Shown here in pieces: positions 1-12,200 of a stretch of DNA of 64,000 nt. The translations under genes and the position numbers were made by a program. The stretch covers positions 150,660,001-150,724,000 of the forward strand of contig OZ024743.1 of assembly GCA_964016885.1 (NCBI GenBank), read 5' to 3'. Numbering within the stretch: position 1 is the first letter of the stretch; each line of letters starts with the position of its first letter. This DNA is from Eledone cirrhosa. Taxonomy: Eukaryota. The notes under the pieces are model-generated. The model was not told the DNA's origin. It made no database searches and worked only from the letters and a program-made list of their open reading frames with translations.

Positions 1-345
1 GACACATAGTGCTGGGCCCTTGGTACCATGTGACAACAAGTGCAGAGAGATCTCCAGATATAAAGCAATGCCTGTGCCGTGAAGCTTTTATAGTGAGCAA
101 AGGCACTGCACAAAGCCAGTCCCACTCTCTTAACCAAGATGATATTTACCAAAAAGAAGAACAAGTCAACATCATTGGATACCATCAGGGTTGCAGGTGT
201 TATATCAGAGTTTTCCTTCTCCTAGAATTCTGCCTTGACAAAGGCTAAGGGGTCATCTCTCCCGGTGATTCTGGATGGCCATTGACTCTTAAGAGCTCCT
301 TTGCCCTTTGACAGGTTTTGTTTTTAGTCCTGCAGGACTAAAAAC

Positions 346-361
346 ATACATATATATATAT

Positions 362-392
<31 letters not shown>

Positions 393-406
393 CATATATA
401 CATACA

Positions 407-444
<38 letters not shown>

Positions 445-551
445 CATACCCATATGTATATATAAATATATACATACACATATATATACATATATATATA
501 TATACACACATATATATATTCATATATATATATATACATATATATATACAC

Positions 552-590
<39 letters not shown>
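346..590. repeat. (TA)n/(TACA)n compound microsatellite, representative of dozens of such tracts in the window
   Basis: Direct inspection; such tracts produce the spurious YIYI ORFs. Others include 700-779, 1863-2192, 5620-5880, 18480-18790, 19320-19850, 20176-20570 and 50710-50883. Confidence 0.97.
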
Positions 591-699
591 ATGAAGGAGT
601 TGTGGTAAGGAACCAGATGGACCATAACACACCAGAGTACTCAATACAGAAATAACCGTCGAAACGGCTTGAGCTCTGCCGCGGGGTCATACATTTTCC
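590..699. mobile_element. Short PLE pseudo-LTR-type fragment with an internal inversion, between two (TA)n tracts
   Basis: 590-647 is the reverse complement of the 3' part of the repeat at 5883-6000. 648-699 matches the forward GAAACGG-GAGCTC-GCCG-CGGGGT part of the same family (also at 47588-47700, 50050-50090, 57821-57877). Confidence 0.7.
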
Positions 700-707
700 T
701 ATATATA

Positions 708-782
<75 letters not shown>

Positions 783-945
783 AAAATTTCGCACTACATG
801 GCTGAATACAATAAAAGTAATCTGAGTTTTTCAAATATTAATAATAACATTCGATCGTTAGCAATTTTGCAAACAAGCCTCAATTTTATAGCCATGTCAG
901 TAGAATGAACCCTTCATTCTTGCTCTTGTGTTGGCATGCGAACAG

Positions 946-993
946 AGCTGCAGACACTAATGTTTCTGGGTAACACCCTTCATCTGTACAGCT
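946..993 (-). ncRNA. Type I hammerhead ribozyme with one core mismatch (CAGAUGA)
   Basis: Minus strand reads agctgta-CAGATGA-agggtgttaccca-GAAAC-attagt-GTC-tgcagct; stems I, II and III can all form. Confidence 0.75.
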
Positions 994-1312
994 TACTGTT
1001 TACCAGCTAAACTGTCAGAGCTAGTGAAAATATATACTATTTTCAAAAATACACAGTGACTGATCGGCCTGATTTGCATATTAGAAGACTGGCTGTTCAG
1101 TCAGATCTGCATATTAGCAGATCCACTGATCAGCCCGATTTGCATATCAGCAGACTGGCCGGTCCGTTTCCTGTATACAAGCGATAAATGATCGGCTTTG
1201 CCAAATTCAAATAAAAAAAAGAAAATTTCACTCTACATGGCTGAATACAATAAAATTGAGGCTTGTTTGCAAAATTGCAAACGAATTGAATGTTATTATT
1301 AATATTCGAAAA

Positions 1313-1521
1313 GGGCAGTGGATTGGTAGTATCGGTAGAGAGTCGGACGCCATGCTTTGCAGCATAGAGTTACGGCCCTTTATGAGTTCAAATCCCGCCG
1401 AGGTTAACTTTGCCTTTCATCCTTACAGGATCAATAAAATAAAGTACCAGTAATGTACTGGGGTCGATTTAATCGACTTTCCCCTTCCCAAATTGCTGGC
1501 CTTGTGCCTATATAAGAAACC
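1313..1521 (+). mobile_element. tRNA-derived octopus-type SINE with 18-bp target-site duplication
   Basis: A/B-box-like head (GAGTTCAAATCC) and conserved body (gccgaggttaactttgcctttcatcc...aagtaccagt). TSD attattaatattcgaaaa at 1295-1312 and 1522-1539. Confidence 0.9.
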
Positions 1522-1583
1522 ATTATTAATATTCGAAAAACAGATTACATTTATATATATATATATATATATATACATATATG

Positions 1584-1689
1584 TCAGGAAAGAAGAGTGA
1601 CACGGTTTGCTATACAAAAAAGGTTTTTAATCAGCAATGAGATTAAAAACCTTTTTTGTATAGCAAACCGTGTCACTCTTCTTTCCTGA
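1584..1689. repeat. Perfect fold-back: 49-bp arms, 8-nt loop
   Basis: 1584-1632 is the exact reverse complement of 1641-1689. Confidence 0.95.
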
Positions 1690-1861
1690 TTTATCATTAC
1701 TCCAAGTGTTAACAACATAGAAATCACCGCGTACTCGCAGCATCACTATCGAAACGCCTTGTTGAGTCAAATTTAGCCAAGCGTTGATATCATCCACTAC
1801 TCGGAGTACCCTAACTGGACTACACCTAAGTGGACTACCTATAACAATAATCTGTTACCCC

Positions 1862-1900
<39 letters not shown>

Positions 1901-2125
1901 CATATGATGATGATACATATATACATACATATATATATATACATATATATATACATATATATATACATATATATATATACATGTATATATATACATATAT
2001 ATACATACATATACATACATATATATATATACATACATATATATATATATACATACATATATATATATATATTCATACACATATATATATATACACACAC
2101 ACACATATATATATAGATACATTCA

Positions 2126-2179
<54 letters not shown>

Positions 2180-2192
2180 CATACATACATAT

Positions 2193-4692
2193 ATGATGGC
2201 TGCCCCCTCGTTATCGAGTATGGCCATTGCACGAGAAAAAAAATATATATACATAATAATAACACTAATAATAATAACAACAATAATAATAACGACAACA
2301 ACAACATAATAATATACATATATATATATACACACACACGCATACACATAAACATATCTGTACACACACACGATAGCAATTAACAGCGCTGCGATCTAAT
2401 GTGGCTTTTTAGTCCAGCCAATGATCTAAAATGTCTTGCACAGCATCGGCAACCAAAACATTCACTGGGAATAGCCGGCTGTGGTTGGTGTTCATGTACT
2501 TTTGTATGTCGTTTGAGCCCTCCTGCTGATTTACATTCTCTATAACATGCTTGGCAAGTATGATGAGTAGCATCTCCAACAGCAGCCTGGTAGTCAACCA
2601 CTGGTCTTACTTTATGACTGCGAAGATGACTTTGGAGTCCAGCTTTGCTTTGGCAGAGTCTCGCACAGACGCTGCATGTCAGCACCATAGGGGGACCTTC
2701 GCCATCTGGAAGTGCAACAGCAATGCCCTTCCTCACATCCCGCTTTACTTTCTCGTATGGCAATTCGAGATGCCTCAAAGGCAACTTTTCCCTCATATAC
2801 AGTCTTTCTCCATTTATTACGATCAGCCGCAATATTTTCCCATGTATCAGCAGAGATGTTAGCATCTTTCAACGAGGCTTTCAAGGAATCCTTATACCTC
2901 TTTTTTGGTTTATGTGGCGGTTGTTTTCCTTTAACTAACTCTCCATAAAAGAGTTGTTTTGGTATTCTAGAATCCTTCATCCTGGCAAGGTGACCACTCC
3001 AACGGAGACGTTGCTTAAGCACAAGAGCTTCTATACTGTCACACATAGAGCTTTCCAAAATCTCGACATCACTGATATAGTCCCTCCAGTGAACGCCATG
3101 GATCCGTCTGAGACACATCTGATGGAAACGCTCCAATTGCTTAAGGTGGTGTCGATATGTGACCCAGGTTTCGCAGGCATAAAGAAGAGAAGAGAGCACA
3201 CATGCCTTGTACACCTTTACCTTTGTCTTCTTGCATATGTCTCGCCGACCCCAGAGTCGCCTTTCTAGCTTTCCGAAAGCATCACTTGCTTTCCTAATCC
3301 TGAGTGGGATTTATTTATCAAGGTTGGTGTATCGATTAACAGTGCTTCCCAGGTAGACAAACTCATCAACCACTCCAAGTCGTTTACCATACACATAGAT
3401 ATTTGGTTCACTGTACTGCTTACCAGGAGCAGGTTGGTACATTACGACGGTTTTCTTGAGACTGACAGTCAATTCTAGGGCAGTGCAAGCATTAGAAAAT
3501 ACATTCAAGATGTACTGCATATCACTCTGTGTGCGCTACAAGATTGCAATCATCTGCATAGAAGAGGTCTCTGATGTTAAATATGCTGCTGAGGTTCGAT
3601 ATCGGATGTAAACACCATGCTCGCAATTCCTGAATGCAATATAGAAAACCATTGCAAAGTATATGGCGAACAGGGTCGGTGCTGGAATATCCCTCTGTTT
3701 CACTCCATTTTTTACTAAGATAAGCTCCGACATATTACCTCCGACATTAATCCAAGCCTTCATGTTGTGATGGAAAGACCTAACTAAAGCAAGGAACTTA
3801 TCAGGGCAACCAAGTTTCTGGAGAACCTTCCATAATGCATTTCTGTTTACAGTATCGAAATCTTTTGTCAGATCGACAAAAACCTGATCAGATCCAAACC
3901 TTGTTCCATGCACTTCTCCTGAAGCTGTCTAGCTGAGAAGATCATATCAGTAGTGCTGCAGCCAGCATGAAAACCAGATTGACTTTCAGGAAGAACACAA
4001 TCTGTAATGTATGTCAGCAGACGGTCCAGAAGCACCCTACATAAAACTTTCCCTACGACAGAAAGCAATGATATACCTCTGTAGTTCCCACAATCATTCC
4101 TGTTACCCTTTCCCTTGTACAAGACCACCATTACTGCATCCCTCCAGTCCTCAGGTATGGATTCATTAGCCCATATCCTGCCAAACAAAGAGTGAAGATG
4201 TTGCAGGAGTCTCTCACCACCATATTGTAGGAGCTCAGCATGTATGCCATCCATACCTGGAGACCTTCCACTGTTCAGCTTCGAGATAGCCACTGCAACC
4301 ACCACAAGCGTTGGAGGTTCTGCGAGAGCTACTTTCACAGGAATTTCTGGAATGAGATTGAGGAAATCTTCATTAACGACAGATGGCTGATTCAAAAGAT
4401 CATCAAAGTGCTCTCGTCACCTTCATAGAATTCCTTGTGAGTCACGAAGAAGTTCTTTGCCATCCCTGCTGCAAAGCAGTGTCACCAGAGAAGAAGACGG
4501 TCCATAAACTTTACGCAAGAGACTGTACAACAGCTTTGTGCTATTGGAATCTGACGCAGCTTGTATCTCATCAGCCTTCTCACTCCACCACTGATCCTTC
4601 ATCTGAGAAAGACTCCGCCTAACACGTGATTTCACATCCTTGAGTTCCTTATGCAACGTACTCTTCTCCTGTGGTTTTGCCGTCAAGTAGCG
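2193..4692 (-). mobile_element. 5'-truncated, frameshifted RTE-clade LINE (RT plus C-terminal C2H2 zinc fingers)
   Basis: ORF pieces: SPGMDGIHAELL...CGNYRGISLLSVVGKVL...PESQSGF, FVDLTKDFDTVNR, LLYACETW...RLRWSGHLARM, and three CxxC...H...H fingers. 3' UTR end at 2193-2235. Confidence 0.92.
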
Positions 4693-4789
4693 TGACATAC
4701 ATATACATATATATATACATATACATACATATATATATACATATATATACATACATATATATATATACATACATATATATATACATACA

Positions 4790-5398
4790 TATCATCATCA
4801 TCGTCGTTTAACGTCCATCGTCCATATTGGCATGGGTTAGACAGTTTTTGTTCCATTTGATGTGGGAATGGTTGGAAGACCATGTCTTGCTCGCATGGAA
4901 GCATCTCTGGCAGGTTTTTTTTTTACAGCTGGATGCCCTTCCTAACACCAACCCCATTTACAGTGTGTACTGGGAGCCTTTTCACCGTGTTTCCTACACG
5001 GCCACCTTACAGTGTGGACTGTTGTATCATCGACACAGTGGACAGAATGGGAGAGGAAGGATGGGGTAGGATGTGGGGGTGGGGGTGTACATTAAGTTAA
5101 GAGGTGCCTACTGACTGTAGGTTTGTATGCAATGGTAGTCAAGTCTTCTGTACAACTGCATTGCACCAAAGGTCTCGATCCAGTGTCATTGTCTTAGAGA
5201 GGTGTAGGTGGGCAAGGTCAGTTTTTATCACCTCATCCCATGTTTTTCTTGGTCTACCCACTCTGCAGCTTCCATCAATTTTCATTGTCCTGCACGTTTT
5301 TATACATCTGTCGTCCTTCATACGCATCACATATCCATACAAATGCAATCTCCTCTCCAGAACACATTTGATACCTCTTATGCTTAGACTCCCTCTTA
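4790..5398 (-). mobile_element. RTE LINE 3' end (ORF C-terminus, 3' UTR, (GAT)n tail)
   Basis: YGYVMRMKDDRCIK...GRPRKTWDEVIK peptide; ggatgcccttcctaacacc 3' UTR motif; catcatcat tail. Confidence 0.85.
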
Positions 5399-5423
5399 AT
5401 TATATATATATAAGAACTGACTA

Positions 5424-5479
5424 ACTGCCTGATGAGGTCATAGCCATTCAATGGCTATCATCGAAATATATATAGCAGT
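5424..5479 (+). ncRNA. Minimal type I hammerhead ribozyme with intact core
   Basis: actgc-CTGATGA-g..atagccat/atggctat..c-GAAA-tatataTA-gcagt, followed by AATAAA. Confidence 0.85.
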
Positions 5480-5521
5480 AAATAAAGGATTATGAGTTCA
5501 TGCAATTGACTTATGTTTCGT

Positions 5522-5570
<49 letters not shown>

Positions 5571-5619
5571 CGAAACATAAGTCAATTGCATGAACTCATA
5601 ATCCTTTATTTACTGCTAT
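5472..5619. repeat. ~55-bp inverted repeat flanking a (TA)n tract
   Basis: 5472-5526 versus 5565-5619, one mismatch seen. Confidence 0.92.
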
Positions 5620-5624
5620 ATGTA

Positions 5625-5876
<252 letters not shown>

Positions 5877-5882
5877 CATATA

Positions 5883-6000
5883 GGCTTGAGCTCAGCCGTC
5901 GGGGTTCTACTCATTCCTATTACCCACTCTACTACCCTAAGTATTGAGTACTTTGGTGCGTTATGGTCCATCTGCTTCCTTACCACATTTCCTTTGTTAT
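5883..6000 (+). mobile_element. pLTR-family 3' fragment in (TA)n
   Basis: Homologous to the reverse complement of 47588-47697 and to 590-699. Confidence 0.7.
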
Positions 6001-6867
6001 ATATACATATATATATATATACATACATACATACATATATATACATACATACATATATACATAGAGAGAGAGAGATAGAGAGAGAGAGAGAAACATACAT
6101 GTGTATACACACACATATATATGTATATGTCTGAGAAAAATCTGAGAGGATGATGATATCAATAGAAAGAGAAAACAAAATCTGCTTTGTTTTTTTAAAT
6201 ACCAGAAGCCAATTCATTTTCTCCTAATGTCAGAGTGGAGCTACAACTAAAACTATTTCTATGTTAGGCCACATTTACCTACTCTAGGCTGCTGGTGCCA
6301 ATTGCTTGTCTTAAATTCATTTCAGCCTATCTGGTCTTCTGAATTATTGATTTTAACAGAGCTTTAGAAATATACTTTCTATCTCTATCTCTACATCACA
6401 ATTTTTTACATGTGCATTCTTGTAATGATATGCTTCAGATTTTGTTGTCATTGTCATCATCACCGCCGCCGCCACCACCACCACCACCACCATCATCAAC
6501 ATTAGCTGCAGCTGAAAAAGCAGCAGTACATTTTCCTTGACAACTGCGACAATTAATACTATCAATATCAATAAACCCTATTCTTACAGTCATAAACCTA
6601 ATAACACTGTCCACTATCTCTATCTCCCTCTTGTTTTTAAGCAACCCATTTGAAAAAGATTCATCTTTTACTCCCTCAATACATCTTTCTATCTTACATA
6701 ATCATAAACACCTCATCACTCAAATTCTATTTAGCATTCTGTTGTAAGCAAATAACACTTAAACAATACAACATATATAGTCAGCTCACAGATACATAGA
6801 AAAGCAAGAAAAAGTGAAATACAAACACATATGTATACATGCACATACATACAAGTATGCATACATA

Positions 6868-6968
6868 ATACATACATACATACATACATACATACATACA
6901 TACATACATACATACATACATGCATGCATGCATACATACATACATACATACATACATACATACATACA

Positions 6969-6995
<27 letters not shown>
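6868..6995. repeat. (CATA)n tetranucleotide microsatellite
   Basis: Direct inspection; a (TATG)n counterpart is at 42058-42147. Confidence 0.95.
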
Positions 6996-7000
<5 letters not shown>

Positions 7001-7783
7001 CACATGAACATGCATACATTTTTAGACATACAAATAAATATGTATGTTACATTTTTCCATGTAAATATATATAACAAGTCATGACCTAATACTTATCATT
7101 TTCACAGTCATAACATTGATATGAAAGATACTTTCCATCTGAATTATTTTAAATATACTTGAGTTTAAACAATGTTCATTATATTATGGAAGATTGTTTG
7201 AAAATATTTTAATTGTAGTTTAAGTTTTTACAATATTCATTTTACTCAGTAATTGAAAACCTCAATGTTTTGTTTTTGTTGGTTACTACTAAGCCACTCC
7301 TTTTAAGCCAGAACCTCATATATTGATTTTTAAAACATAGCTTTGTCCTTAAATATATACATGCACAGGTTTTAACAACATTTAAGAATAGTCAGTTTTC
7401 AGGAAAAGAAATAAGAACCTTCTAAACATATGAAATTAATCCAATTTGTCAGAAATATGAAAATAAATATTAATTGCTGTTTAAATTAGAATTGAATTCA
7501 TCAAAACTGTTTTTCAAAACTGTTTTTCCTTTTAGACTATTTCTTCTATTTTCTATTATACATTGATTAACGAAAACAAAAAGCCAAATAATTAAACCAT
7601 CCAAAATATATATTTATCAGTGTTCATTTAGAATAATTGCTTCATTTAAGAAACTACTTTATCTTTTCTAGGTCTCTAAAACTTTAGACACCATAGCATG
7701 TAAGTGTCCATATTGCAGAAGAGTCTTGAAAATCTCTCCCCATTTATATTTATTTATTTATTTTGTTTTAGGTTTAATATCAT

Positions 7784-8567
7784 CGCTCAATTTTGAGTAG
7801 TTGCTCTTCCTGGAGAGACTCTCTGATCACCAAGCTATGCATTCTACCGAGTGACGTTACTCCAAAGACACCTCGGAGAGACCCCATTTCAGCTGCTTGT
7901 ATTCACGATCATATTCTTTCTCTTATTGCCCACGATTTATGACCATAGGTAAGGGTTGGCATGAATACTAAATTGAAGATAGGAGATTGCCTTCTGTCGA
8001 GTTAAGTAACACCATGTCATCTGCAGATTCCAGCCAACTGATTTTACACTTGATAGTTGTGATACCACTTTCAAACCAGCTGCGCATGTCAATCCTGTTC
8101 ATGAAAATAATGAACAGACGATGTGACAGTACACACCCTGGGTGGAGTCCAACTCCCACATTGAATGGTTTCAATTTAGCACCATTTATCTGAACACAAG
8201 TATTTGGGAATTCATATAGAGATATGAGGGCAACAAGTAGCTGACCATCGATCCCATACTCCTGCATACTTCTTCGAATTGAGAGATCACAGTTCCAATA
8301 TTATGGGCGTGTGGTTAAAATGTGCCAGGAAAGAATCACTGGACAGATTTTACAGGCAAAGCCTATCTGCAGGAGACCCAGGGGTAGACCTCGAGCAAGA
8401 TGATTGGATAACATCTATGAGATTAGTCTTGCTTGGGGGATCCAACTAGATCACTTGGAAACAATTGCTTCTGGAAGGAGTGTTTGAGGACTCTGGCCCC
8501 ACAGCTCTTTCGGGAATAATTAGACAAAGAAGAAGGAGGAGGAGGAGAAGGAGGAGAAGAAGAAGAT
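7784..8567. mobile_element. RTE-type LINE copy with 5' inversion and 12-bp TSD
   Basis: 7784-8267 is a minus-strand RT piece (FNVGVGLHPGCVLS...ADDMVLL). 8268-8567 is the plus-strand 3' end with a (GAA/GAG) tail. TSD gtttaatatcat at 7772-7783 and 8568-8579. Confidence 0.8.
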
Positions 8568-8927
8568 GTTTAATATCATGTATTTAGTACTAATATACTA
8601 TTTATCTGAAAGAAACAACATTTTATTTTTCAATGATTATTAAACTTTGAACTTAAATCCATCTATATTTCAAAAATATTTTATAAAACATCTTGGGTTA
8701 ACATTCTTTTTTTACACTCTAGTACAAGTGTTCTAAATAGAAATGTTTCTTTTAGCTAGAACTGTAAATATAATCTTGTAAAATACTGTGATTGAAAACA
8801 TGTGCAATTTATTCCAAAAAATTAAATTTAAAACACAGATTCTGAAAGGAAAATTATAATAAGTTTTGTGTTGCATCTTTATGGTTAACTTATTGCAAGA
8901 TTACTTTAATTCAGATTATATTTCATA

Positions 8928-9280
8928 CTTCTTTTTCTTCTTCACCCGCTTATTTTTGAGAAGGTTGTGGTGGGGAAGAGTTCTCAAACACTTCCTCCAG
9001 TGGGTCATGTCAGAAGCAATTCCAACTGATCTGGCTGGATCTCCAAGCGAAACCAGCCAAACTCATGGATGTTAACCAACCATCATGCTCAGAGTCTACC
9101 ACTGGGTCTCCTGCCAGTCGGTTTTGCCCATAAAATCTGTCTATCAATTCTTTCCTGAGACATTCTAGCCACATGCTCATAGTATCAGAGCTGTGATCTC
9201 TCAAATTAGAGAAGCAGCAGCTCTACCTGGAGTGACTCTCTGACCTCCAAGCTACGCACTCTATCGAGTAACATTATTCC
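8928..9280 (-). mobile_element. 3' fragment of the same RTE family
   Basis: Homologous to 8270-8560, 12595-12830 and 25990-26320. Confidence 0.8.
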
Positions 9281-12200
9281 ATATTTCATACTTATCTTCA
9301 CAATTTAGTTGACAAAAAAGAGTTGTTAATCACTTGACTAAAAATAAGTAATTCTAAAGTAAAGAATTCCACTGCAATTCAACTTTTCAATTGGGATGTA
9401 GATGACCATCCACAAGAACAAGCTCCATGAGATAGAATGGTTCTTTCAGCCCATCTATCGCACTATCCTTTGAAGTAATGCATTCTCCATTCTGTCTGCT
9501 GAGATCATGAATCAAAATCAGCTGTTGGGTTGAGTTGATATAGTGGTTATTATATTGATTTCTATATAGTGTATACATTTATTTTTATGGAACCCTTTCT
9601 ACTTCTTTTATTTTCACAGTTCTGGGATTTGTGGGTTTCTATAGAATTATTTCGGATAATAATTAAAATATCAGCTATCAACACAAACAACAACAACATT
9701 AACAATCATAAAAACAACAATAACAATCATAGTAACAACAATCATAAGAACAAGAAATTTAATTCATATCATAGAAAAATAGATGCCCAATGAAATACAA
9801 AAAATATTTCAAGTCAGCAACTTAGGAATCATGTATTTGCATTGGAAATAATTAATATGATACAAAAACAGACACACCTAAGATACAAAGTGATGATTTG
9901 CATATTCTTAAGTCAAGAAAATATTTCATTTAGGTTTTCTTCATTATGTGCCAAAAAGAATAATTATTTTCTCAATGTGCTTTAAATGCTAAATCAAGGC
10001 ATAATTCGTGTTTGATATGATGAAAAGTCTTGATTTTCATAAAATAGAACTAATAAAATTTTTAAAGTACATTTTAAAAAAAAAGTCGAATTTTAGAATG
10101 AATTTTAAAAGTAGTTTTGTAATTAAGAAATTATCTCGGGCTAAAATAAAAGTTAGTAATAGATTTATTACCAAAACTTCAAGAGCTAGAAAGCACAATA
10201 ACATTTAAAGAATGTGAAGGTGTCAATATTTTCTCGTATTTAAAAATACCTAAGAAGTTTATAGGATTAAAGTGATATGGAAAAAAAAAGAAAATCTAAA
10301 ACAAATGTCAGTAATAAATGTAATAAGCATCCTGAGTTGGAATACAGACTACCTTTTAAAATATGGAAGACAATAAAAGAATAAATTCTTGAATGTTACA
10401 TTTATTTTTCACCATAACTGTAATGTTGACAGCAATGGATTAATTTTCAATGATTTTTCATTGAATAGCTATGTGAACAAGTTATATTAGAAGATGTGAT
10501 GTTGTTTAGCTCCAAGTCAAACATGATAGTAAGGAGTGAAATTTGACGGAGACAGATTTGTTATTTTAAGTAGGTTAATGAACTACGTAGAAGTTCCATT
10601 TCTTTTGATGGTTGGCACTTTTAGACAATATGAATGTAGACCAATAGGCAAAACGACTGAGCATCATCAATAATTATCTACAATGTAAAAATGTTAAATA
10701 TAAGGAGGATTAGGAGGTCATATCTGGGCAAAAATGTTGCAACATCAAAATTAAATTCATTAAACAAATAATTTACTATTCCTGAAGTAGTTCTTTTGAA
10801 TATCAACTGATGATGAAAATAATATATTACATGTAAAATGGGATTAGAATTGATTACCAAAGTACCTTTCTATAATTCTAATTACACAGCAAATGATATA
10901 AATAAAATCATACTGAAGATATATTTAATAGAGATTGTGTACGAACATCATACAACTTAAAACAATTTAGGATGTGGACTTGACTCATTCTAAATAGCAG
11001 ACAAATCGCTCTCAAATCATATCCTGCTGACTTAAAAAAGGAAGAGTACATTGAATAATGTAGGCTAAGATACACTATGCCTGCAAAACAAAAATGACTG
11101 GAACAACTCTTGTTACAGGTCTGCACAATAGAGTTTACCAAGGGCAAAACAATGATTTTAGTAATTAATCCCAAGAAGATGAAATACAGAGCTTATCCTC
11201 ACTGTGATTCCAACCTGTAACATAGATGGATAGCAGTAAATTCTATAAAACATTTAGATGGGTAGTCAGCTGTTGACAATGTTCATTCAAGGGATTAGAG
11301 ATAAGCATTGTATAATTTGAATTCTTTCCCATAAAAATGAAAGGCCTGGTGCTCTCCACCACCACAAAAAATATCAATATTAATTTTAGTCTACAAAAGT
11401 TTTAAACTCACATTTACCTGTATGCTACATATATCATAAAAATGAGTCTTCCTCTTAATCTGAAAATTCTATTTTATTTAATTCTTAGTCCTCTATCAAG
11501 TTGATAAAAATATTGTCTATTCTTTATTGTATTAAGACACATTGGATGAAGGCAAACTAATTTATGTTTGTTGAATCTAGAGAAAGTTTATAGAAGCAAT
11601 TCTTTCCTACCCCAATTGAAGGATTCTCTATCAGTAAATTTTTCAGGTAGGTTTGTTTTATATTAATATAAATTCTATTACCTGTATGGAAGCTGTCAAT
11701 ATTTATCAAAAGTTCTCATCTGTTCATTTTCTCATCAATATATATATGTATTTTTCTTTTTTGTTATATTTTAAGAAATTTCAAAATGTTGTGCGCATTT
11801 TAAAAGATTATATTAAAAGCCAACTCATTTCTACTGTTAGGATTTTGACATTTGTTTGTAGGAATAAAAGTGATATATTTACTATTTTTAATGTGGATAT
11901 TTATGGCTAAGAGATATATTTTGCTCTCAAATTCAAACCACAAGTAAATTTATGAAAAGAGTTATGCCTCTTTATTATCTGATTCTTCAATAAATAAAGT
12001 TTTGGTTTTATTTATTTTATAGAATTAAATGCTTTCTATTCTGCTTGTAAAAGTGTAAATATTTCATATTCTGTATTTCCTGTCAATGTATTTGTTTCTA
12101 AAAATGGATTCTAATACCCAAGGATATTTATATGAAAATTTCAATTTGTAATGTTTTAGCATTGCTATGGGCTTGTATTTTCAAATGTAATATTGAAAAA

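Larger units (their letters stand above)
779..1553 (-). mobile_element. Non-coding HHR-containing repeat (retrozyme/pLTR-like), ~440-bp unit plus partial repeat and inverted end
   Basis: 779-817 is directly repeated at 1219-1256. 1253-1312 plus 1540-1553 is an inverted copy of 813-889. A homologous copy lies at 50440-50695 in the opposite orientation. Confidence 0.7.

Noticed and set aside
1058-1165. CRISPR-like regularly spaced repeats
   Set aside because: A simple 33-bp tandem repeat with no unique spacers, in eukaryotic DNA without cas genes.
1313-1400. tRNA gene
   Set aside because: It is only the A/B-box head of a SINE; no cloverleaf can be formed.
7672-7699. Plus-strand 28-nt micro-exon candidate (ttttctag...gtaagt)
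   Set aside because: Isolated, with no partner exons; such matches arise by chance in AT-rich DNA.
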